From a virus: a DNA stretch of 64,000 nt. Location of the stretch: IMG/VR virus record IMGVR_UViG_3300021141_000706; one strand, 5' to 3'. Both the position numbers and the translations under genes were made by a program. Under the pieces are notes generated by a model. The model did no database searches. It saw only the letters and a program-made list of their open reading frames with translations, and was not told the DNA's origin. Of the stretch, positions 1-7,540 are shown piece after piece; position 1 is the first letter of the stretch, and each line of letters opens with the position of its first letter.

Positions 1-2
1 AC

Positions 3-839
3 TGTGAGGTTGATTTAAATAATACATTGTTAGAACCTGATGGATCTATATCATATTTAACATTTGGTACTAATTTATTTTCAACTTCAATAGTATTAAA
101 TAATCCTGATCCTCATGCCCCGGCTTGTTTAACTAGTTTAATCAATGGTGCTAGATTTTGTAATAATAATGGTTTTGATTTTTTTGTTAGATTTGAATAT
201 GATTCGATTTTAAAAATTGAATATATCAACCATTTAAAATCAATAATAGAAACAGCATCAATGTGTACAGGAATGGTTTTTAGTGGTAAAAACTGGATAG
301 ATGGTAAGATTATTATGTGTAAATCTAATGATTATATCAATTGCTTTGATAAGCAAATAAACACTGGTGATGATTATATGAGATTTGTTTCAGATGAAGG
401 TATTCCAAATCATGATAGAAGACATCTACAATCTGTTCAATATCAAATATTAGAAAAAAATCAAATATTAAACCATATGATTCAACTACCTACTCATACA
501 GTTGGATTATTTTTAGATAATGATTTTACCAAATCTAGAGTAAGAAATGTTGGTATTTTTAGACCGGCTTTTATTGTAAATGATAGTAATAAATTTGCTA
601 TAATTTGCCATGGTTGGGAAAAAGATATAGAATTTGAGTTTCAAATTTTGAAAAATGATGTTCCTGAATCTTTCTCTCATCATTTTATTTCAAATAGTGT
701 TACCTATAAAACTTTTAACATTATTCCAGAAACTTTGTATAAAGTAATTTATATAAACCCAATAACAGGCAGTATGGAAAATTGGGAATTTTCATCATCC
801 AATGAACTTAAAAACATAGCAAAATTAGAATTAAGATAA
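3..839 (+). CDS. Hypothetical protein of glycosylation island (5'-truncated by window edge)
   Basis: Frame is open from the window start through the TTG used by the ORF track; abuts the next gene. Confidence 0.6.
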   Translation, partial: CEVDLNNTLLEPDGSISYLTFGTNLFSTSIVLNNPDPHAPACLTSLINGARFCNNNGFDFFVRFEYDSILKIEYINHLKSIIETASMCTGMVFSGKNWIDGKIIMCKSNDYINCFDKQINTGDDYMRFVSDEGIPNHDRRHLQSVQYQILEKNQILNHMIQLPTHTVGLFLDNDFTKSRVRNVGIFRPAFIVNDSNKFAIICHGWEKDIEFEFQILKNDVPESFSHHFISNSVTYKTFNIIPETLYKVIYINPITGSMENWEFSSSNELKNIAKLELR

Positions 840-840
840 T

Positions 841-1470
841 ATGGCAAACGGAGTATATAAAATAACAGAAGACTTTGAAAAAGCTCTTTCAGACTATACA
901 GGAGCACCTTATGTAGTAACAGTTGATAATCAAAGTAACGCACTTTTTCTCGCTTTAATGTATGAAAAAGCAGCAGGTATGGAAATCACTATACCATCAA
1001 GAACTTACCCTTCAGTTCCTTGTGAGATTATTCACGCAGGAGCTAAAGTAAAATTTAGACAAGTAGAAGGGAAAACAATCAAAGGTGCTTATCAATTAGA
1101 ACCAACTAATGTTTGGGATTCTGCTTTAAGTTTTACTGCTGATATGTATAAACCAGGAACACATATGTGTATCTCATTTACAGGACCTTACAAACACTTT
1201 AAGTTAAGTAAAGGTGGTGCTATTTTAACAGATAGTTTAGAAGCTTATCTTTGGTTCAAAAGAGCTAGATACTCAGGTAGAAGAGAGTGTTCTTATCATG
1301 ATGATAATTTTGATATGTTAGGTTGGAACTTTTATATGATGCCTGAACTAGCGACAAGAGGTATGTTACTAATGGGTCAGTTTTATAATATGGATGGTAC
1401 TAAAAAACATCAAGAAGATTTAGAACTTCCTTATCCTGATTTATCAAAATTCGAAATCTATACAAAATGA
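841..1470 (+). CDS. DegT/DnrJ/EryC1/StrS-family PLP aminotransferase (short form)
   Basis: FEKALSDYTGAPY, SNALFLAL, TYPSVP..I..AGAK, SF..YKH...KGGAILTD, NFYM.ELA..G. Confidence 0.8.
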   Translation: MANGVYKITEDFEKALSDYTGAPYVVTVDNQSNALFLALMYEKAAGMEITIPSRTYPSVPCEIIHAGAKVKFRQVEGKTIKGAYQLEPTNVWDSALSFTADMYKPGTHMCISFTGPYKHFKLSKGGAILTDSLEAYLWFKRARYSGRRECSYHDDNFDMLGWNFYMMPELATRGMLLMGQFYNMDGTKKHQEDLELPYPDLSKFEIYTK

Positions 1471-2051
1471 GATATGATTTTATAGAAATAGGAACTTCTG
1501 ATTTTGATACTCTTTTAGAATCAAGTACAACTGAAATAGGTTTATCAATTGAACCACTTAAAATATATTTAGACAATCTACCCAATAAAGATACAGTTAT
1601 TAAGGTAAATTGTGCTATAAGTGATAAAGATGGAATGGTAGATGTTTATTGGATAGATCCTAAAGATATAGAAAATTATGATTTACCTAGATGGTTAAAA
1701 GGTTGTAACTCAATAATCAAACCACACACATCAACAGTTAAAGAATTAAAAGATAGAAATCTTGAACACATCTATAAAAAAACAGAGTGTAAATGTTTAA
1801 CCTGGAATAGTATTGTGGATATCTATGATATTAAATATGTAGAATATCTAAAAATAGATACTGAAGGTCATGATTGCTTTATTATTAATAATATCTTAGA
1901 TTCAAATACAACTTTACCTAAAAAAATACTATTTGAGAACAATATACTTTCTGATGAAAATCATGTATTGACTACTTTAGAAAGATTAAAAAAATATGGA
2001 TATACTGTCACAAGTCGTGGAGATTTTGACATTTTAGTTGAGAAATTATGA
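1467..2051 (+). CDS. FkbM-family methyltransferase
   Basis: FIEIGT, SIEP, VNCAIS, LKIDTEGHD, ILFEN. Confidence 0.8.
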   Translation: MRYDFIEIGTSDFDTLLESSTTEIGLSIEPLKIYLDNLPNKDTVIKVNCAISDKDGMVDVYWIDPKDIENYDLPRWLKGCNSIIKPHTSTVKELKDRNLEHIYKKTECKCLTWNSIVDIYDIKYVEYLKIDTEGHDCFIINNILDSNTTLPKKILFENNILSDENHVLTTLERLKKYGYTVTSRGDFDILVEKL

Positions 2052-2836
2052 AAGTAGATAAAATTATATTTTCTTCTGATGATTCAAATTATTTGAATTT
2101 TTGGAAGATAAACTCAGAAATAACTTTAAAGAAGCTAGGAATAACTCCTGTTTTATTTCACATAACAGATGAGGAAAGTGATTTTTATCAAGATGAATTT
2201 GGAATAGTTAAGAAAATTAAAAAAATACCAAATCACTCAACAGCTATACAATCACAAATTATTAGAATGTATGCTACAAAATTTTTTCCAGATGAAATAT
2301 GTCTAATAAATGACATAGATATGTTTTTATTTGACTTGGAATATCTAAATTCATGTATATCTGATAAAAATCATGATGATATTGTTATATTAACTAGTGA
2401 TGCCTATGATAGTAATAGACCAGAATGTATAGGTGAATATTCTGGACCTGATAGATATCCTATGTGTTATGTTGTAGCTAAAGGAAAAACGTTTAATAAA
2501 ATATTAAACACTGATATTAACTTTGAGGAATATGTAAACAATGTACAATCTTGTGTTTCTTTATACGGAGGCGATGAAATTTATTTTGGAAGAATGGTTA
2601 ATAATCAAACTCATACAAAAGTTCACAAAATAAAAAGAGGGATTTGCTCAAATTTTTATACACCCAGAAGAATTGAAAAATATATGTTTAGCAATTATAC
2701 AAATAAAACTTTTATTTTTAATCTAAATGGAGTTTTTGATATTAAAAATTTCATAGATTGTCATTGTCCTTTTCCAGAAAATGAAACTCAAAGATTATTA
2801 ATTGATAAAATTAAAAATATGATATTAAATGATTAA
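2048..2836 (+). CDS. Putative GT-A glycosyltransferase
   Basis: DxD (DIDM), YPMCY, GGDE motifs; gene context. Confidence 0.5.
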   Translation: MKVDKIIFSSDDSNYLNFWKINSEITLKKLGITPVLFHITDEESDFYQDEFGIVKKIKKIPNHSTAIQSQIIRMYATKFFPDEICLINDIDMFLFDLEYLNSCISDKNHDDIVILTSDAYDSNRPECIGEYSGPDRYPMCYVVAKGKTFNKILNTDINFEEYVNNVQSCVSLYGGDEIYFGRMVNNQTHTKVHKIKRGICSNFYTPRRIEKYMFSNYTNKTFIFNLNGVFDIKNFIDCHCPFPENETQRLLIDKIKNMILND

Positions 2837-3413
2837 ATCTTTAATTGGTAATGGTGGTCACGCAAGAGAAGTTCAAGCTCAAATGGGTATTGAACTTTTT
2901 CGATTTGTAAGTGATGAATATTGGAAAGAAGGTGATAGTAAACTTTTACCCCTTTCTAAATTCAATCCAGATAAGTATGTTGTCATGATAGCCGTTGCTG
3001 ATTCTAAAGATAGAGAAGACATTGTAAAACAACTACCAGTAAATACTCAATATTTTAATTTTATACACCCAACTGCTCAATTAATGAGCAATGATATTAC
3101 TATAGATGAAGGTTCATTTATAGGTGCTAATTCTATTATTACTTGTAATGTTAAGATTGGTAAACACGCCATATTAAATAGAGCTAATCACATTGGACAC
3201 GATTGTAGAATAGGTGATTACTTTAGTGCGATGCCAGGATCTATTGTTTCTGGAAATGTTAACTTAGGTAATAAAGTTTATTTAGGAACCAATTCATCAA
3301 TTAGAGAAAAGATTACTATTTGTGATAATGTGACCATTGGATTAAATACTGGTATAGTCAAAGATATTAATATATCTGGAACTTATATTGGACAAAATAC
3401 AAGAAAGTTATAA
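2829..3413 (+). CDS. PglD/NeuD-like sugar O-acetyltransferase (hexapeptide repeat)
   Basis: GNGGHAREV, FIHPTA, hexapeptide repeats, HIGHDC. Confidence 0.85.
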   Translation: MIKSLIGNGGHAREVQAQMGIELFRFVSDEYWKEGDSKLLPLSKFNPDKYVVMIAVADSKDREDIVKQLPVNTQYFNFIHPTAQLMSNDITIDEGSFIGANSIITCNVKIGKHAILNRANHIGHDCRIGDYFSAMPGSIVSGNVNLGNKVYLGTNSSIREKITICDNVTIGLNTGIVKDINISGTYIGQNTRKL

Positions 3414-4510
3414 TGAATAAAGATTTTTGTATAGTAGTATTTTCACATGCTAGTACAGTTGAAAGGGAAGAAATACTTTTTAAAAGTTTAACATCGATAA
3501 AAAAATTAAACTTAAAAGTAATATTAGCTTCTCATATTTCTGTTAGTGAAAGAAATCAAAATCTATGTGATTATTTTATCAAAGATGATAACAATTTAAT
3601 TGTTAATGAGTCAGATATATTAAACAACCCAGTTAATATAGAAGGTGATATTTTTAATACAACCGATTATCTTGGAGGTCTTAGATTGGAAACTTATATT
3701 TATAAGAAATCTTATCAGGCTGGTGTTTTTAATCTTTATATAAGTGCTTTTAAACTAGCCAAACAAATAGGTTTTAAAAATGCCATTCTTTGGGAATATG
3801 ATTATGAACTAGGTGACCAATCAGTCGATTTTTTTAATAAAAATATGGATTTAATGATTAAAGATAAATTGGAATCTATATCATTTCAAAGTATAATAAC
3901 AATTCTTAATAACGATATTATACAATTTCAAATTAACTGTTGTTATGCTATTCCTGTGTTTTTTAATTTAGATAAATTTTTATCTATTGCTCCAGATAAA
4001 TTTATAGAAAGTGGTAAAGAATATACTGAAATAAGTAAATTAATGATTATGGAACAATGGATTAAAAGTAATATAATCAATAACTGTAATCCAAGATTGG
4101 AATATAGTTATGGTGATTATAAAAATTATCTACCTGATACACTAACTGCTCAAGTTCATTCTCAAGGTAGTAACTATTTATTTTTAGGTTTGAGAAGTGG
4201 TATTTATTTTAGTAATAATGGATGTATAGTTGCTTATAATAATAATACAAATAATTATTTAACATCTGACATAACTATCTATGATTTACAAAATGAAAGT
4301 ATTCTTTTTAAAAATAAGTTTGATTTACCACCAAATATATGGAGATACAACAATTTAGGTGAAAATATATTCAATATATTCAAGTCAGAATTAGGTTGTA
4401 AAGTTACTGAAACTGTTGAAGATGTTAACTCAGGTAATATAGATACTTTTGAATATATTATAAATAAAGATAATATTGATTTTGTATCAAAATTAAAAAA
4501 ATACTCATAA
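3413..4510 (+). CDS. Hypothetical protein, possibly glycosyltransferase-like
   Basis: 365-aa ORF, coupled to neighbours; N-terminal Rossmann-like pattern. Confidence 0.4.
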   Translation: MNKDFCIVVFSHASTVEREEILFKSLTSIKKLNLKVILASHISVSERNQNLCDYFIKDDNNLIVNESDILNNPVNIEGDIFNTTDYLGGLRLETYIYKKSYQAGVFNLYISAFKLAKQIGFKNAILWEYDYELGDQSVDFFNKNMDLMIKDKLESISFQSIITILNNDIIQFQINCCYAIPVFFNLDKFLSIAPDKFIESGKEYTEISKLMIMEQWIKSNIINNCNPRLEYSYGDYKNYLPDTLTAQVHSQGSNYLFLGLRSGIYFSNNGCIVAYNNNTNNYLTSDITIYDLQNESILFKNKFDLPPNIWRYNNLGENIFNIFKSELGCKVTETVEDVNSGNIDTFEYIINKDNIDFVSKLKKYS

Positions 4511-4515
4511 AATAT

Positions 4516-5229
4516 ATGAAAACAGCACTTATTCTTTCAGGTCAATTTAGAGAAGCCAAACATTGTTACAAAGGATTTAAAGAAAATATATTAGATATTT
4601 ATAATCCTGATGTTTTTATTAGCACTTGGACTAATCCATTAAATATAACACCAGCTGGTTGGTATGGTAATTATCAAAAAGACGACTGTTCATTACAAGA
4701 TATTATAGAAATGTATAATCCAAGATCAATTGAGCTAGAAACATTTGACAATGATGATTATAAACCATTTAAAAAAATGGGTGATAAATTAGATTCTAAA
4801 ATTAATTACGAAACTAGATCAACAAATGTTAATGCTATGTGGTATAAAAGATATCGATCTAATTTATTAAGAAATCAATTTGAAGAATTAAATAATTTTA
4901 AATATGATGTTGTTATTTCATCAAGATTTGATTTAGAAATTTTAGAACCTTTGAGTTTTGAATTAAAAGGAAGTGAACTTTTAATACCTATTGGGTTTGA
5001 TTGGTGTCAAGGAATAAGTGATTTATTTGCTGTAGGTAACTCCGATACAATGAATGAATATTTTGATGTATATAATTTAATGGAGTACTATAGATTGGAA
5101 AAAGATGTACATGCTTGTCCTGAATCAGTGATGAAATATCATGTTTATCATAAAAATTTTGAACTTAATAGATTCTTATTAAAGTGTAGACTTAGAGGAT
5201 CAAATGTATGGGAATCTGCTTTAAGTTAA
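4516..5229 (+). CDS. Putative glycosyltransferase (ALILSGQFR type), paralog of the N-terminal domain of 60241
   Basis: LSGQFR, DVFISTW, YDVVISSRFDL, SDLFAVG, ESVMKYH. Confidence 0.55.
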   Translation: MKTALILSGQFREAKHCYKGFKENILDIYNPDVFISTWTNPLNITPAGWYGNYQKDDCSLQDIIEMYNPRSIELETFDNDDYKPFKKMGDKLDSKINYETRSTNVNAMWYKRYRSNLLRNQFEELNNFKYDVVISSRFDLEILEPLSFELKGSELLIPIGFDWCQGISDLFAVGNSDTMNEYFDVYNLMEYYRLEKDVHACPESVMKYHVYHKNFELNRFLLKCRLRGSNVWESALS

Positions 5230-5279
5230 ATATTTTTATTATTTTTGTAAAAAAATATCAAAAGAGATAAAAACTTTTT

Positions 5280-5287
5280 AATATATA
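5280..5287 (+). promoter_or_regulatory. AATATATA putative phage late-promoter motif (representative of about 16 copies)
   Basis: Found just upstream of starts at 5280, 9441, 12761, 14431, 18960, 28401, 28859, 31787, 38185 (+) and 9413, 13931, 21694, 25735, 35797, 39711 (-). Confidence 0.6.
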
Positions 5288-5306
5288 CACATACAATAAA
5301 ATATAT

Positions 5307-5378
5307 TGCGGGGTAGAGCAGGGGTAGCTCGCTAGGCTCATAACCTAGAGGTCGGAGGTTCGAATCCTTCCCCCGCTA
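5307..5378 (+). tRNA. tRNA-Met(CAT), initiator-like
   Basis: Cloverleaf; ctagg-ctCATaa-cctag; 1:72 mismatch and A11:U24. Confidence 0.9.
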
Positions 5379-5396
5379 CTAAAAAAATAAAAAATA

Positions 5397-5428
5397 TTTG
5401 GTGAATTGAAATTGTCACCGTATATTTG
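5397..5428 (+). promoter_or_regulatory. Bacteroidota primary-sigma promoter upstream of leader 1
   Basis: TTTG(5397-5400)-N20-TATATTTG(5421-5428). Confidence 0.7.
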
Positions 5429-5461
5429 TAAAAGAATTAAAAACTATAAAAAACTAAAACA

Positions 5462-5539
5462 ATGACAACAATTACTAACATAGCGTATTATTATGAGGGA
5501 GAGCGTGGCTCAAACGTCAGACTAATGTCTATGTCGTAA
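5462..5539 (+). CDS. Attenuator leader peptide 1 (MTTITNIAYYYEGERGSNVRLMSMS), Tyr/Glu-sensing
   Basis: 25 codons with TAT TAT TAT GAG GGA GAG; contains gtcagact complementary to the terminator arm; Tyr/Glu tRNAs downstream. Confidence 0.8.
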   Translation: MTTITNIAYYYEGERGSNVRLMSMS

Positions 5540-5561
5540 TGGAATCATTATGATATTAACT

Positions 5562-5594
5562 AACCCAGTCTGACTTATCAGACTGGGTTTTTTG
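5562..5594 (+). terminator. Attenuator terminator 1
   Basis: aacccagtctga-ctta-tcagactgggtt plus T-tract. Confidence 0.85.
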
Positions 5595-5608
5595 TTTTAA
5601 ATTAAATT

Positions 5609-5699
5609 GGGAGTGTAACGTCAGCGGCATGTAAGCCGCCCCTCGTAAATATATGGCGTATGGCTTGAGGTAACTAGTGTTCGAATCCTGGTACTCCCA
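5609..5699 (+). ncRNA. Non-canonical tRNA-like RNA (Tyr-like GTA in a 6-nt loop, no clear D arm)
   Basis: Acceptor gggagtg/tactccc, TTCGAAT T-loop with bulged stem, gcggc-atgtaa-gccgc hairpin. Confidence 0.55.
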
Positions 5700-5705
5700 C
5701 AAAAT

Positions 5706-5777
5706 GGTCCTGTCGACTAATGGTCAGGTCAACACCCTTTCAAGGTGTAGATGCGGGTTCGATCCCCGTCGGGACTA
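5706..5777 (+). tRNA. tRNA-Glu(TTC)
   Basis: acacc-ctTTCaa-ggtgt; cloverleaf. Confidence 0.92.
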
Positions 5778-5784
5778 CAAATAT

Positions 5785-5867
5785 GGGAATGATGTGACAC
5801 AGGTAGTCACGCTAGTCTGTAAAACTAGTGCCTTCGGGCGTTGCGAGTTCGAGTCTCGCCATTCCCA
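5785..5867 (+). tRNA. tRNA-Tyr(GTA)
   Basis: ctagt-ctGTAaa-actag; long variable arm. Confidence 0.92.
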
Positions 5868-5885
5868 CAAAAAAATTAACAAATG

Positions 5886-5916
5886 TTTGGATAATTAAAA
5901 AATATCCTTATCTTTG
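5886..5916 (+). promoter_or_regulatory. Internal Bacteroidota-type promoter before the second Glu/Tyr tRNA pair
   Basis: TTTG(5886-89)-N19-TATCTTTG(5909-16). Confidence 0.65.
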
Positions 5917-5932
5917 TAAAAGAATAAAAAAT

Positions 5933-6004
5933 GGTCCGTTAGTGAAGCGGTTAACACGCTGCCCTTTCACGGCAGAGGCACGGGTTCGAATCCCGTACGG
6001 ACTA
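5933..6004 (+). tRNA. tRNA-Glu(TTC)
   Basis: ctgcc-ctTTCac-ggcag. Confidence 0.93.
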
Positions 6005-6010
6005 CAATAT

Positions 6011-6093
6011 TGGAAGGTGGGTGAGTGGTTAAAACCGACAGACTGTAAATCTGTTCTCGCAAGAGTACGGGGGTTCGAATCCCTCCCTTCCAA
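6011..6093 (+). tRNA. tRNA-Tyr(GTA)
   Basis: acaga-ctGTAaa-tctgt; variable arm. Confidence 0.93.
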
Positions 6094-6159
6094 CAAAAAT
6101 TAAAAATAACTAAAAAGGGAGTTAAAACTTTTTATATATACATTAATATAATTAAAACG

Positions 6160-6240
6160 ATGAAAAATTTAAATAACATATCAACAGCGAAAATAGGAGG
6201 CGGCGCGGGAGCGAATGTCACTGGCTGGATTATGTTGTAA
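6160..6240 (+). CDS. Attenuator leader peptide 2 (MKNLNNISTAKIGGGAGANVTGWIML), Gly/Ala-sensing
   Basis: GGA GGC GGC GCG GGA GCG run; tggctggatt pairs with the terminator 5' arm; Gly/Ala tRNAs downstream. Confidence 0.8.
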   Translation: MKNLNNISTAKIGGGAGANVTGWIML

Positions 6241-6263
6241 TTTTTTATCAAAAGAATTAAACG

Positions 6264-6295
6264 AAACCCAGTCAATCAAATGACTGGGTTTTTTT
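6264..6295 (+). terminator. Attenuator terminator 2
   Basis: aaacccagtca-atcaaa-tgactgggttt plus T-tract. Confidence 0.85.
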
Positions 6296-6304
6296 ATTTT
6301 ATAT

Positions 6305-6394
6305 TGGCGAATAGCAGTGGTGTCTTATACACACTATACCTGTAGCGGTAACTTGAGATAGTATCAAACGTGGGTTCGAATCCCACTTCGCCAA
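6305..6394 (+). ncRNA. Non-canonical tRNA-like RNA (possible TAT anticodon arm, no clear D arm)
   Basis: Perfect acceptor tggcgaa/ttcgcca and T arm gtggg-ttcgaat-cccac; atypical core. Confidence 0.6.
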
Positions 6395-6402
6395 CAAAAA
6401 TT

Positions 6403-6474
6403 GCGGGTATCGTATAACGGTTATTACTCCACACTTCCAATGTGGAGATCTCGGTTCGATTCCGGGTACCCGCT
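6403..6474 (+). tRNA. tRNA-Gly(TCC)
   Basis: ccaca-ctTCCaa-tgtgg; U73. Confidence 0.93.
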
Positions 6475-6484
6475 CAAAACATAT

Positions 6485-6560
6485 GGGGTTACATGTTCCA
6501 AGGCTTAGGCGAGTTTGATTTGCGATCAGACTGTGGTGGGTTCGATTCTCACTAGCTCCA
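6485..6560 (+). tRNA. tRNA-Ala(TGC)
   Basis: Loop ttTGCga; G3:U70. Confidence 0.8.
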
Positions 6561-6579
6561 CAAAAAATAAAAAACGAAT

Positions 6580-6753
6580 ATGATAGTATTCAAAAACATA
6601 ATTGATAATAAAACCTATATAATCTATAAGGCACCAAATGGTAATTGTTTAGCAATTCCATTTAGACACGATGGTCCTTCTATCCCTAAATGTGATATGA
6701 AAGAATTTGTGGTTGTAAGCTCTGAAGATGGTAGATTAGATGGGTTTTTATAA
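6580..6753 (+). CDS. Small hypothetical protein (57 aa, MIVFKNIIDNKTY...)
   Basis: Clean ORF between tRNAs; below the ORF-track cutoff. Confidence 0.55.
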   Translation: MIVFKNIIDNKTYIIYKAPNGNCLAIPFRHDGPSIPKCDMKEFVVVSSEDGRLDGFL

Positions 6754-6762
6754 TAGTAAGAT

Positions 6763-6882
6763 ATGGAAAAGAAGATAGTATTAACAGGAGAGTTTGAGTC
6801 AAGTAAAAAGAATTTGGGAAGAGACATAAGTAAAAATGGATTGGATAAATTTATTAAAAGACTTATAAAGAAGAAAAAGTAA
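6763..6882 (+). CDS. Small basic hypothetical protein (39 aa)
   Basis: MEKKIVLTGEFESSKKNLGRDISKNGLDKFIKRLIKKKK. Confidence 0.45.
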   Translation: MEKKIVLTGEFESSKKNLGRDISKNGLDKFIKRLIKKKK

Positions 6883-6887
6883 AATAA

Positions 6888-6959
6888 GCGAAAGTCGTAT
6901 AGTGGCTATTATATCGCCTTGCCAAGGCGAGGACGGGAGTTCGATTCTCCTCTTTCGCT
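6888..6959 (+). tRNA. tRNA-Gly(GCC)
   Basis: tcgcc-ttGCCaa-ggcga; U73. Confidence 0.93.
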
Positions 6960-6978
6960 CAAAAAATAATTATTATGG

Positions 6979-7347
6979 ATGAAAATATGTCCTAATTGTG
7001 AAAAGGTTGTTACCAAAAGAAATAACAAATACTGCGATGCTAAGTGTCAAGTAGAATTTGTAAATAAAGGTATCTATGAGAACATAGAAAATGGAGACAC
7101 AACTCTTTATCATAAGACATATAAAAGACATCTTATCATCAAATATGGTGAAAAATGTATGGAATGTGGTTGGGATAAAGTAAATCCATCAACAGGTAAA
7201 GTTCCAATACAATTAGAACATATAGATGGTAACTCGGATAATAATTCTTTAGATAATTTGAAATTACTTTGTCCAAATTGTCATTCACTAACACCAACAT
7301 ATGGTGCTTTGAATAAAGGAAATGGACGAAAGAATAGAAAAAGATAA
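6979..7347 (+). CDS. HNH endonuclease inside the tRNA array
   Basis: CPNC..YCDAKC, CMECG, LEHIDGNSDNNSLDNLKLLCPNCH. Confidence 0.9.
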   Translation: MKICPNCEKVVTKRNNKYCDAKCQVEFVNKGIYENIENGDTTLYHKTYKRHLIIKYGEKCMECGWDKVNPSTGKVPIQLEHIDGNSDNNSLDNLKLLCPNCHSLTPTYGALNKGNGRKNRKR

Positions 7348-7387
7348 ATGCCGGATGATCCACCGTTGAATCACGGTGCCGGCTCCA

Positions 7388-7461
7388 GGGGAATTAGCTC
7401 ATTTGGCTAGAGCGTTTGAATGGCATTCAAAAGGTGACGAGTTCGATCCTCGTATTCTCCA
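7388..7461 (+). tRNA. tRNA-Ala(GGC)
   Basis: tttga-atGGCat-tcaaa; G3:U70. Confidence 0.88.
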
Positions 7462-7466
7462 CAAAT

Positions 7467-7498
7467 AAAAAAGTCCAGTTATTTAACTGGACTTTTTT
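7467..7498. terminator. Bidirectional intrinsic terminator
   Basis: aaaaaagtccagtt/aactggactttttt between convergent units. Confidence 0.8.
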
Positions 7499-7540
7499 AT
7501 CTTAAATCAAAGACTATAATTTCTGATTCTTTTTTTAATT

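Noticed and set aside
5677-6103. ORF-track ORFs 5677-5898, 5828-6103, 5908-6096
   Set aside because: They overlap clear tRNA genes; shadow frames from GC-rich tRNA sequence.
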